This document shows, one piece after another, positions 38,511 to 47,107 of a stretch of 64,000 nt of DNA. The DNA is from an uncultured Caulobacteraceae bacterium (GTDB lineage Bacteria > Pseudomonadota > Alphaproteobacteria > Caulobacterales > Caulobacteraceae). The notes below the pieces were generated by a model. The model saw only the letters and a program-made list of their open reading frames with translations, was not told where the DNA came from and did no database searches. Made by a program: the position numbers and the translations under genes. Positions within the stretch are counted from its first letter, which is position 1. Each line of letters starts with the position of its first letter. The DNA lies in the NCBI GenBank assembly GCA_964451265.1, contig CAYVHP010000077.1, positions 3,237-67,236 of the forward strand, read 5' to 3'.

Positions 38511-38971
38511 TGAGGACTCTCCTTCTCATAGCCTGCGCTTCGTTGCTGGGGGGATGCCGCCTGAGCGCTGGCCCGTCGCCGTCTAAGTCCGATCTCGTCG
38601 GGGAATGGGATAGTTCAGACGGCGCGAAGCTCGTCATCGACTCGGATGGTTCGGCGTCGATTTCCAAAGCCTCGTTACGGCGCCTAATGTTCGATGACCA
38701 ACCTTCGGTCTCCTACAGTGGCAAGGGGACTTGGGGCCTGACTGTTCCGCCGGGCGAGCCGTCATGGCCCACCATGAAGCCTTTCTGGGCGGTGGACATA
38801 TCGTTTTCAACTCCGACCCAAGGTGCTCCGGGCGGCTTCGGCGCGGAGGCCAATTTCACCCGCATGATGTGCCGTGCAACCTGCTTGTTTTTCTTCGTGG
38901 GCGATCCGGACGAGAACGAGCGGTATGAGTTCTTCAAGGCTTCCCAAGTTGCTGGGCCAATTGGGCGTTAG
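38510..38971 (+). CDS. lipoprotein, 153 aa
   Basis: The ATG at 38510 overlaps the upstream stop (TGATG). Lipobox [12 protein letters not shown]. Atypical codon usage. The 3' end overlaps the ubiD 3' end by 38 nt. Confidence 0.65.
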   Translation: MRTLLLIACASLLGGCRLSAGPSPSKSDLVGEWDSSDGAKLVIDSDGSASISKASLRRLMFDDQPSVSYSGKGTWGLTVPPGEPSWPTMKPFWAVDISFSTPTQGAPGGFGAEANFTRMMCRATCLFFFVGDPDENERYEFFKASQVAGPIGR

Positions 38972-40499
38972 GCTTCCAGATCGGCTTGCCATCCCCCGGC
39001 AGGCCCAGGCTCGCCCACATGTCGCTGACCCGGGCGACCACCTCCGCGTCCATAGCGATCTGCTCACCCCATTCCCTGTGCGTTTCCGGGGGCCATTTGT
39101 TGGTGGCGTCCAGGCCGATCTTGGAGCCAAGGCCGGATTGCGGCGAGGCGAAGTCCAGATAATCGATCGGGGTGTTCTCGATCACGGTGATGTCGCGGGC
39201 GGGGTCCATGCGAGTGGAGACGGCCCACATGACTTCTTTCCAGTCGCGCGCGTCGATGTCCTCGTCCACCACGATGACCCACTTGGTGTACATGAACTGG
39301 CGCAGATAGGACCACACGCCCAGCATCACCCGCTTGGCGTGGCCGGGGTAGGCCTTCTTCATCGACACCACGGCGATACGGTAGCTGCAGCCCTCCGGCG
39401 GCAGCCAGAAGTCGACGATCTCGGGGAACTGCTGTTGCAGCAGCGGGATGAACACCTCATTGAGCGCTTCGCCCAGGATCGAGGGCTCGTCGGGCGGACG
39501 GCCGGTGAAGGTGGTCAGGTAGATCGGATCGCGCCGCATGGTGATGGCGGTGATCTCGAACACGGGGAAGCGTTCGACCGAATTATAGTAGCCCGTGTGG
39601 TCGCCGTAGGGGCCCTCGTCGGCGTAGTCGTCCAGGTGGACGAGGCCCTCCAGGACGATCTCGGCCTGGGCGGGCACCAGCAGGGGCTGGGTCTTGGCGC
39701 GGACCAGCTCGACCTTGGCCCCGCGCAACAGCCCCGCGAATTGATATTCCGACAATGTGTCCGGCACGGGCGTGACCGCCGCCAGGATGGTCCCGGGATC
39801 GGCGCCGAGCACCGCACAGGCGGGCAGGGGCTCGCGCTTGCCTGCCGCCTTCCAGCGCCGATGATGCTGGGCCCCGCCGCGGTGGGCCAGCCAGCGCATG
39901 ACGGTCTTGTTGGGCCCAAGCACCTGCATGCGGTAGATGCCGAGGTTGTAGTCGTCCTGCGCGCTGTCGCCCGGCCCTTTGGTCACGACGAGGGGCCAGG
40001 TGATCAGAGGCGCAGGCTCGCCCGGCCAGCAGGTCTGGATCGGCAGTTTGTTCAGGTCGATGTCTTGGCCGGTGAGCACCACCTCCTGCACCGGGGCGGA
40101 CTTCACTGTCTTGGGCCGCATGGACATGACGGTCTTGGCCAGGGGCAGCAGCTCAAGCGCGTCGCCCAGGCCGCGCGGCGGGGCGGGCTGACGCAGGAAG
40201 GCCAGCAGCTCGCCCACTTCGCGCAGGTCCTTGGCGGTGGTGCGCGGCTTGTCGGCCAGGGTGACGCCCATGGCGACCCGCGCCACCGTGCCGAACAGAT
40301 TGGCCAGGCATGGGATGGACGAGGGCTGACCATCGGCGCGGATCGGGTTCTCGAACAGAACGGCGGGGCCGCCCGTGGCTAGTAGACGCGTCTGGATTTC
40401 CGTCATCTCCAGCACAGTGGAGACGGGCGCATTCACCCGCACCAGCTCGCCGGCCGCTTCCAGCATCGCCATGAAGTCGCGCAAAGATCGGTAGGCCAT
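38934..40499 (-). CDS. ubiD: 4-hydroxy-3-polyprenylbenzoate decarboxylase
   Basis: 521 aa. UbiD pattern from [22 protein letters not shown] through [10 protein letters not shown]. Confidence 0.9.
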   Translation of the reverse strand: MAYRSLRDFMAMLEAAGELVRVNAPVSTVLEMTEIQTRLLATGGPAVLFENPIRADGQPSSIPCLANLFGTVARVAMGVTLADKPRTTAKDLREVGELLAFLRQPAPPRGLGDALELLPLAKTVMSMRPKTVKSAPVQEVVLTGQDIDLNKLPIQTCWPGEPAPLITWPLVVTKGPGDSAQDDYNLGIYRMQVLGPNKTVMRWLAHRGGAQHHRRWKAAGKREPLPACAVLGADPGTILAAVTPVPDTLSEYQFAGLLRGAKVELVRAKTQPLLVPAQAEIVLEGLVHLDDYADEGPYGDHTGYYNSVERFPVFEITAITMRRDPIYLTTFTGRPPDEPSILGEALNEVFIPLLQQQFPEIVDFWLPPEGCSYRIAVVSMKKAYPGHAKRVMLGVWSYLRQFMYTKWVIVVDEDIDARDWKEVMWAVSTRMDPARDITVIENTPIDYLDFASPQSGLGSKIGLDATNKWPPETHREWGEQIAMDAEVVARVSDMWASLGLPGDGKPIWKPNAQLAQQLGKP

Positions 40500-40603
40500 G
40501 TCGCCCCTCGCTTCCCTCCGGCGTACCTACGACGTTCGCGCCCGGATCGCCACGGCCAAGCGCGGGCTCGCCGGATGCCTCGGCGATCAGTATAGGACGT
40601 GCC

Positions 40604-41485
40604 GTGACCACGCACGCCCCAACCCTTGCCGCCCCGGTCCTGGTGCTGGGCGCCACCAGCCTGATCGGCCGGTTCATGCTCCCTTTGCTGGAGGGGCTGG
40701 GCGTGCAGACATTCGCCCTGAGCCGAAAGGCGCCGGTCGCGCCGGCCGGGGCGGTTCACTGGGTGCAGGGATCGCTGGACGACCCGCAACTGGAGGCGAG
40801 GCTGCCTGAGGCCGCTACGGTGTTCAGCCTCTCGCCCATCTGGATTTTGCCTGCCGCCCTGCCGGCGCTCAAGGCCAGGGGCATGGTGCGGCTGGTGGCC
40901 TTTTCATCCACCAGCCTGTTCACCAAGGCCGAGTCGGACGATGAGGGCGAGCGCCGCACGGCCCGGAAATTGGCCGACGGCGAGGCGGCAATCATCGCCT
41001 TCTGCCAGGCGCATGGCGTGGCCTGGACTATTCTGCGGCCCACCATGATCTATGCCGAGGGGCAGGATCAGAATGTCTCGCGGTTGGCCCGTTTGATTGG
41101 GCGGTTTGGCTTTCTGCCCCTGGCGGGTCAGGGCGAGGGGCTGCGCCAGCCGGTGCACGCCCAGGATCTGGCGGCGGGGGCTTTAGAGGCGGCGGTCCGG
41201 CCGGCGGCGCGGGACAAGGCCTACGACCTGTCCGGCGGAGAGACTCTGACGTACCGTCAGATGGCGGAGCGAATCTTTCAGGCTCTGGGCCGGCCGGTGC
41301 GTATCGTCTCGCCGCCCCTATGGCTGTGGCGGCTGGGCTTCGCACTTGCGAGATCATTTCTGCCGGGCGCCACAGCGCAAATGGGGCGCCGAATGAACGT
41401 GGACCTCGTGTTCAAGTCCACTGAGGCTGAGAATGACTTAGAATGGCGACCACGGCCATTTCAGCCAAATTTTTCAAGGTCTTGA
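40604..41485 (+). CDS. NAD(P)-binding (atypical SDR/epimerase-like) protein
   Basis: GTG at 40604 with AGGA upstream. Rossmann motif VLVLGATSLIGRF. Confidence 0.75.
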   Translation: MTTHAPTLAAPVLVLGATSLIGRFMLPLLEGLGVQTFALSRKAPVAPAGAVHWVQGSLDDPQLEARLPEAATVFSLSPIWILPAALPALKARGMVRLVAFSSTSLFTKAESDDEGERRTARKLADGEAAIIAFCQAHGVAWTILRPTMIYAEGQDQNVSRLARLIGRFGFLPLAGQGEGLRQPVHAQDLAAGALEAAVRPAARDKAYDLSGGETLTYRQMAERIFQALGRPVRIVSPPLWLWRLGFALARSFLPGATAQMGRRMNVDLVFKSTEAENDLEWRPRPFQPNFSRS

Positions 41486-41746
41486 AGCTTGACGCACCTT
41501 CCAGCTCAAACGCTATTCTTAGGTGGCTGAAGGATCAGTCATCGGAGTTTTTGAAATAAAGTATTCATGGAACCGTCAAGGACAGTTCATTTGAAATTCT
41601 CGCCCCGCCGCATGATTGAGGCCCCGTGGGGTGCGAAACAGACTCGAAGCGTCGGGCTTCGATCTGTTCGCATGTGCGCCTAGCCGCCGGACGGCGTGCT
41701 GAGCCTGATCCGTGGCCGGACCCCGCTGTCAAAAGAGGGGAATACC

Positions 41747-44194
41747 ATGACGTTCGCAAAATCAACCTACACGCGACTATTTGCGGGCGCAAGCTTCGCC
41801 GTGATGATGGCGGCTGCGGGATACGCCTCGGCTCAGCCCGCCGATAAAACGGCCGGCACGGAAGTCAACGCGATTATCATTACCGCGCCCAAAGGGCAGG
41901 CCGCAGATGTGGCGCCGGTGAAGTCTTCGCTGATGGCGACCGAACCCCAGGCGCTCATCAGCCGCAAGGAAATCGAGGAAGTGGCGCCTCGTATCGGCGA
42001 TTACACCACCACCGCGACCCTCGCCCCGTCCATGTCGTCCACCCCAAACCCCAACGGCTCGGGCTCGACTGACGGCGCTAAGCTGACCCTGCGCGGCTTT
42101 AAGGACGGGACGTTCAATGTCACCTACGACGGCATCGCTTGGGGCGACGCTAACGGACCGACGCACCACGCCAATTCCTTCTTCCCTTCATCCGCAATCG
42201 GCGCCGTGATCATTGATCGCGGGCCGGGCGGGGCGACGGAATTGGGGCAGGCGAACTTCGGCGGTCAGGTCAATCTGTTCTCTCTGCCGTTCGAAGATAA
42301 GCTCGGCCTGCGCCAAACCCTGACGACGGCGAGCTATGGGACTTGGCTGAGCGCCACCACAGTGACGACCGGGCCTCTCAAGCAGCTGCACGACCTCAAT
42401 CTGGTCGTCAATTATATGTCCTACGCCACCAACGGATACCTGACGAACAGCCCCAGCAACGGCCAGAATATCTTCATCAAGGCGACGGCGCCGATCACCA
42501 GCACCCTGGGTTTCACGGTGCTCTACACCTGGAATAAGGACTTTTATAATCAGGGCGACAGCAACTCGACCGCGAGCGTCGCTCAGACGTCCGTTTACGG
42601 AAAGCGCTTCGCGCTCAGCAATGATCCGAGCCTGCAGACCTATAAGGGCTACAACTATACCAACAAGACGACCGATTTTTCCTATTTCAAGTTAGACAAT
42701 GATTTCGGCCATGGGCTGAAGGCGGCTAACACCACCTACACCTACGCCTACGTCAACAACACCTACGCGGCCAACGACGCGACGGCGGACAACTCGCTGA
42801 CTTTGGTGACAGGGGACGGCGGCGCGGCTTTGAAAAAAGCCAACCTGGTGACGATCTCCCCGCCGGCCGCTTATCCCGCCGCGGGCAGCGCCTATCCGTC
42901 ATCGGCGCAGGTTGCCGGCCTTCCCGGCTATCTGAAGCGGAACCAGTACCGGGTGATCGGCGACGTTCTGAGGTTTGATCAGGAGTTTTCCGTCGGCACG
43001 GCGACGCTCGGCGGCATGTATGAGTACACCAACACGGAGCGCAGCAAGACCGACATCGATATGCTGACCAACAGGTTGGACTATCGCGAGACGTCCACCA
43101 AGAACCAGCCGGTCGGCACGTCCTGCGCCGCCCAAGGGTACGGCGCGCAGTCCAACGGATCATGCCAGGTTCCGCTGTATTACAACAATTTGGAATATTC
43201 AGGCTGGCATCAGTATCAGATCTTCGCCCAGTTCGAGTGGCGTCCGATGGAGGCCCTTCGCATCACCCCCGGCGTCAAATATGTGAACTTCAATCTGTTC
43301 GTGCACGCGCCGGACGACGCGAAGATTCTGCAGCCGGTGTTCCTGTCGCCGACCTTCACCAAGACCCTGCCGTTCCTGACGGCCAACTATCACATCGCCA
43401 ACAACTGGGCGGTCTATGCGCAGTATGCACAGGGGTTCCTGGTGCCGGACGTCAGCGTGTTCAATGTGGCCAACCCGGGCAATAATTCGCTGATCCCGCA
43501 GGAATCGACCAACTACCAGTTCGGCATGGTCTACAGCGCCGGGAAGCTCAGCGTCGATGCGGACGTCTACTACATCGACTTCAAGCACAAGATCCAAAGC
43601 CAGACGATCTCCGATCCGACGAGCCCGCTCAATGGGCAGACCATCTCGACCAACAACGGCAACGCCGTGTTCTCGGGCTTCGAAGTTCAGGGCACCTATG
43701 TTCTGCCTTACGGCTTCAGCGCGTTCGCCAACTATGGCCGCATCAACGCCGTGGCCAAGGACGACAAGGTCCTGCCGCTGAACAATGGCCAGCAAATCCC
43801 CGGCGCGCCGCGCTGGACCGCTGCGGCGGGGCTGCGTTCGGAGTGGCATGATGTCGGGGTTCCCGCCGGCCGCCTGGTTTTGAACGTGACCGGCAAATGG
43901 ACTGGCCCCTACACGGTCAACCCCGCGACCGCCACGCTCGGACCGGGCGGCACGATCGACGGCTACGCCGACTTCAACTTCAGCGGAACCTACAGCTGGA
44001 AGAACTATAGCCTTCAAGGACAGGTGCTCAACCTGGCCAACAGCACCGGCATCACCGGCGTGTCCGGCAAGACCTATAACCCCGGCACGACCATCCTGGC
44101 CCGCACGCCGACCGTGGCGGGCAAGGCGAACCTGAACCAGTTCGTCTATGACACCGGCACGTCCTATCAAGTCACCCTGAAGGTGGCGTTCTAA
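41747..44194 (+). CDS. TonB-dependent receptor
   Basis: ATG at 41747 with GAGGGGA upstream. Signal peptide ends YASA-Q. Plug domain (LTLRGF, IDRGPGG), a long beta-barrel and a C-terminal aromatic residue (VAF). Confidence 0.9.
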   Translation: MTFAKSTYTRLFAGASFAVMMAAAGYASAQPADKTAGTEVNAIIITAPKGQAADVAPVKSSLMATEPQALISRKEIEEVAPRIGDYTTTATLAPSMSSTPNPNGSGSTDGAKLTLRGFKDGTFNVTYDGIAWGDANGPTHHANSFFPSSAIGAVIIDRGPGGATELGQANFGGQVNLFSLPFEDKLGLRQTLTTASYGTWLSATTVTTGPLKQLHDLNLVVNYMSYATNGYLTNSPSNGQNIFIKATAPITSTLGFTVLYTWNKDFYNQGDSNSTASVAQTSVYGKRFALSNDPSLQTYKGYNYTNKTTDFSYFKLDNDFGHGLKAANTTYTYAYVNNTYAANDATADNSLTLVTGDGGAALKKANLVTISPPAAYPAAGSAYPSSAQVAGLPGYLKRNQYRVIGDVLRFDQEFSVGTATLGGMYEYTNTERSKTDIDMLTNRLDYRETSTKNQPVGTSCAAQGYGAQSNGSCQVPLYYNNLEYSGWHQYQIFAQFEWRPMEALRITPGVKYVNFNLFVHAPDDAKILQPVFLSPTFTKTLPFLTANYHIANNWAVYAQYAQGFLVPDVSVFNVANPGNNSLIPQESTNYQFGMVYSAGKLSVDADVYYIDFKHKIQSQTISDPTSPLNGQTISTNNGNAVFSGFEVQGTYVLPYGFSAFANYGRINAVAKDDKVLPLNNGQQIPGAPRWTAAAGLRSEWHDVGVPAGRLVLNVTGKWTGPYTVNPATATLGPGGTIDGYADFNFSGTYSWKNYSLQGQVLNLANSTGITGVSGKTYNPGTTILARTPTVAGKANLNQFVYDTGTSYQVTLKVAF

Positions 44195-44202
44195 TCGCTA
44201 TG

Positions 44203-44316
44203 GTCGTCATCCCACGGGCGGCCGAAGGCCGAACCGGGGGACCCAAGCCACGCTTGAAATTGCCAAACTCGCTTGGGTCCCCCGGTCCGCCTTGCAGGCG
44301 GCCGGAGGATGACGGC
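44203..44316. repeat. long imperfect hairpin of the GTCATCC...GGATGAC type
   Basis: Perfect 16-bp inner arms ACCGGGGGACCCAAGC (44233-44248) and GCTTGGGTCCCCCGGT (44271-44286) around a 22-nt loop. They are flanked by roughly 30-bp imperfect outer arms starting GTCGTCATCC and ending GGATGACGGC. Confidence 0.55.
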
Positions 44317-44320
44317 CTTT

Positions 44321-44386
44321 GGTCGGCTTCGTGGTCTTCGTGAGCTTCGTGGTTTAATAAACTTGCCGCCGTGAGGTCTGCGGGCC
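44321..44386. repeat. half copy (right arm only) of the 9-bp-module repeat, copy B
   Basis: GGCTTCGTG-GTCTTCGTG-AGCTTCGTG-GTTTAATAAACTTGCCGCC matches the right arm and tail of copies A and C. No left arm is present. It abuts the VOC gene stop. Confidence 0.6.
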
Positions 44387-44727
44387 TACTCCTCGGACCA
44401 CACCGCCAGCTCGTTGCCCGCAGGGTCGCGGAAGTGAAACCGGCGGCCGCCCGGGAAGGCGAAGATCGGCTTGAGAATGACGCCGCCGGCCGCCGACACC
44501 TTGGCCAGCATGGCGTCCAGGTCGTGGGCGTAGAGCACCGGCAGGGGCCGCGCCTGGGCCTCGTCCGGGTCGGCTTGAAATCCGCCCTCCAGGCCTTCGT
44601 CGAAAGCGGCGTAGCTGGGCCCATAATCGATGAAGCGCCAGCCGAAGGCCTGGGCGTAAAAGGCCTTGACCGCGCCGAGCTCCAGGCCGGGCATTTCAAG
44701 GTAATCAAGTTTTCCGTCCTGGCGCAT
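44386..44727 (-). CDS. VOC (glyoxalase/bleomycin-resistance) family protein
   Basis: ATG at 44727 (MRQDGKLDYLEMPG...). Ends GGRRFHFRDPAGNELAVW, a typical VOC pattern. Confidence 0.8.
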   Translation of the reverse strand: MRQDGKLDYLEMPGLELGAVKAFYAQAFGWRFIDYGPSYAAFDEGLEGGFQADPDEAQARPLPVLYAHDLDAMLAKVSAAGGVILKPIFAFPGGRRFHFRDPAGNELAVWSEE

Positions 44728-44816
44728 GATCGCCCCTTTATGTTCTTTTTTTGTTCCTATCGCGTCAACCGGGGATTGTCCAGGCCCGGTGAAGGCCGCG
44801 GGATCGTCGATGGCCG

Positions 44817-45761
44817 TCAACCGTGCAGGCCACCCATGCCGCCGCCGGATCGCCAAACCCCGGCGACCAGGCCGACGAACAGGATCAACGCCGCCTCGCG
44901 GTTGGAATTGAACAGGCGCAGGGCCAAGGCGCCATCCTGGGTGTTGGCCTTGGCCGCCTGGCGCGACAGGTGCACGGCGTAGAGGGCGGCGAAGGGCAAG
45001 AACAGCGGCCCCAGCCGGGCGACGGCGGCGGCGCCCAGCGCCAGCACGACGCTGAGCGCGAAAAACGCCAGCACCACCCGAGGCGCGCGATCGCCCAGTT
45101 TCAGGGCCGAGGACTTGACCCCGACCAGGGCGTCATCCTCCAGATCCTGCAAGGCGTAGAGGGTGTCATAGCCGAAGGTCCAGCAGGCGGCGCCCAGATA
45201 AAGCAGCACCGGCGGCCAGCCGAGCTTGCCGGACACCGCCGTATAGCCGAGCAGGGCGCCCCAGTTGAAGGTCAGGCCGAGCCAGGCCTGGGGCCACCAA
45301 GTGATGCGCTTCATCAAGGGATAGAGCGCCACGAGCAACAGGGCGCTCAGCCCCAGAGCGATGGCGGACAGGTTCATGGTCAGAAGGATGATCAGTCCGA
45401 ACAGCGAGCAGACGCCCATGAAGCCTAAAGCCTGTTTGACGCTAATCTGGCCGCTCGCCACGGGCCTCTGGGCGGTGCGGGCCACCTTGGCGTCGATCTC
45501 TCGGTCCAGGATGTCGTTCCAGGCGCAGCCGGCCGCGCGCATGAGCACCGCGCCGACGAAGATCTTGGCCAGCAGAACCAGGTCGGGGCCGCGTCCCTGC
45601 TGCGAACAAGCCAGGGCCACGCCTTGCCAGCCGGGCAGGAGCAGCAGCCAGGCGCCGACGGGCCGGTCCAGCCGGGCCAGCTTGAGCCAGGGGCGCAACA
45701 CGGGCGGAACATGGCGGTCCACCCAATTGGCGGGGGCGGCGTCGGGCAGGGCGGTGGACAT
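44817..45761 (-). CDS. ubiA: 4-hydroxybenzoate polyprenyltransferase
   Basis: ATG at 45761. LARLDRPVGAWLLL, and NDILDREIDAKVARTAQRP Asp-rich motifs. Confidence 0.9.
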   Translation of the reverse strand: MSTALPDAAPANWVDRHVPPVLRPWLKLARLDRPVGAWLLLLPGWQGVALACSQQGRGPDLVLLAKIFVGAVLMRAAGCAWNDILDREIDAKVARTAQRPVASGQISVKQALGFMGVCSLFGLIILLTMNLSAIALGLSALLLVALYPLMKRITWWPQAWLGLTFNWGALLGYTAVSGKLGWPPVLLYLGAACWTFGYDTLYALQDLEDDALVGVKSSALKLGDRAPRVVLAFFALSVVLALGAAAVARLGPLFLPFAALYAVHLSRQAAKANTQDGALALRLFNSNREAALILFVGLVAGVWRSGGGMGGLHG

Positions 45762-45911
45762 GGATGAGCTTTGTGCGATGGATGGCGCGGCCCCGCCACA
45801 AGGAAATATCAAACCTGGAACATCGCCGCAGGGCGACAAGTTCCGCTATGAATGGACTTGCGGCGGCCTTGAGCCGATGTCTGGGTGTTAGGATTGAGAG
45901 CGAGATCGTCG

Positions 45912-46157
45912 ATGAGACCTTATCCCGCCCTGATTGGGCTCGCGCTGTTGGCCCTCACCGGATGCCTTGGCCACCGCCCAGCCAAGCCCAACCCCAATCT
46001 CGACCCGCTGACCACCTGCCCCAAGACCGACCCCTGCGACAAGGTCGCCAACCGGCGCCAGTACTATGACCCGCGCGTGGCGCGTTACTACTACTTCGAC
46101 ACCAAGACGGGGCGGTACTACTGGGAAAATGGAGCGCCCAGGTTTCCGGGGCCGTAA
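45912..46157 (+). CDS. small lipoprotein with Tyr-rich C-terminus
   Basis: ATG at 45912. Lipobox LALLALTG-C. The C-terminal half contains RRQYYDPRVARYYYFDTKTGRYYWENG. Confidence 0.6.
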   Translation: MRPYPALIGLALLALTGCLGHRPAKPNPNLDPLTTCPKTDPCDKVANRRQYYDPRVARYYYFDTKTGRYYWENGAPRFPGP

Positions 46158-46210
46158 GAGGCGTCCAGCGCGCCAGCTACACCATTAACTTAGCCCGGTT
46201 GGGCTGGTGG

Positions 46211-46946
46211 CTATTTCCAGTCTAGACCCTGGACGTCGAAATGCATTTGATGCCGACCTTCCTGAAAGAATTCGGCCTCAACAATTAGTTTTTTCGCTCT
46301 CCTGAGTTCGCCAATGAACTTTGATTCGGAGTTAATGAAGAGCACGCCCGTTGTACCGTCTGACGGCTCCGAACAACCGAAGTGTTCAATTGGCTTGTCG
46401 TCAAATTTTACGGAAACAGTGGTGTGGTTGTAGCTATCACATAAAAACTGACCGCTTAACTTTTAACAAGACGTTAGTTCCGCTGTGATCTTTTCGTAAC
46501 TCAAGAGTTGTCGTGCCGCCATGATATGGGAAACCAAAGCTTTGCTCGTCTTGACTATCGAGTATGGCGAATTTTGATGAAGTCCCTCGCATTTCATCTT
46601 TTGTCTCGGAATAGGTCCAGCCGCCACTGTCTGCTACCGCCGCGCCAGACGCTGCAGCTCCCGTACCCGAATTTGTACTCTCAGCGCCGGCCTGTTGCGT
46701 AGTTTGGGTTGAACTGACTTTGGTGGTGCCGTTTGCCTGAGGCGTCGTGTGTGTTGAGTGCCCCCCCAAATAAACCAGCAAGAAGAGTCCAGCCCAAGCT
46801 CCGGAAATTGCTCGGGCGCGCGTGCTGTAGCCCTTGCGGAGCGTGAACCACCAGAAAATTAATGGGATCAGGAAGATTCCAATCCCAAGGATCAGAGAGA
46901 CGCCGCGCTTCTTAGGCACCGCCGGTTCGTTGTCCGTTACCGTCAT
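46211..46946 (-). pseudogene. membrane-anchored protein gene interrupted by a frameshift
   Basis: Track ORF 46437..46946 (two TM segments, Thr/Ser/Ala-rich linker, globular start) stops at 46437-46439. Hand translation of an adjacent frame continues without a start codon: (SGQ)FLCDSYNHTTVSVKFDDKPIEHFGCSEPSDGTTGVLFINSESKFIGELRRAKKLIVEAEFFQEGRHQMHFDVQGLDWK, with a stop at 46211-46213. Confidence 0.55.
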
Positions 46947-47107
46947 GTGCTTCCTCCCCCGAATTGCTCAGCTTGCCACCTTTATAGTGGCGGCGTCCAT
47001 TGGCGTGGCACCGTCGATCACCCAACCATAACGAGAGTTCCGGGTTAATTGAAGCCTTAGAAATATCGGGGGACATTAGGGGCACGATATCCCACACGCC
47101 TCTGAAG

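Noticed and set aside
38874-40382. 502-aa plus-strand ORF
   Set aside because: It is antisense to ubiD, whose full-length family pattern lies on the minus strand. This is a shadow ORF.
41628-41712. Possible TPP (THI-box) riboswitch upstream of the TonB-dependent receptor
   Set aside because: GGGGTGC and GCTGAG-CCTGATCC are present. However, the ACCC segment and the spacer that I recall between CUGAGA and CCUGAUC are missing, and the helices do not assemble in the consensus order. I did not call it. An Rfam scan would settle the question.
43199-44170. 323-aa minus-strand ORF inside the TonB-dependent receptor gene. The 295-aa ORF at 59583..60470, opposite ctaD, is a similar case.
   Set aside because: Both are antisense to genes with unambiguous family signatures. 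Both are Arg/Gly/His-rich shadow ORFs.
44172-44708. 178-aa minus-strand ORF running from the VOC gene through the repeat region
   Set aside because: It is out of frame with the VOC coding sequence and is translated through the two repeat elements (…LLNHEAHEDHEADQ…). It is an artefact of the palindromic repeats.
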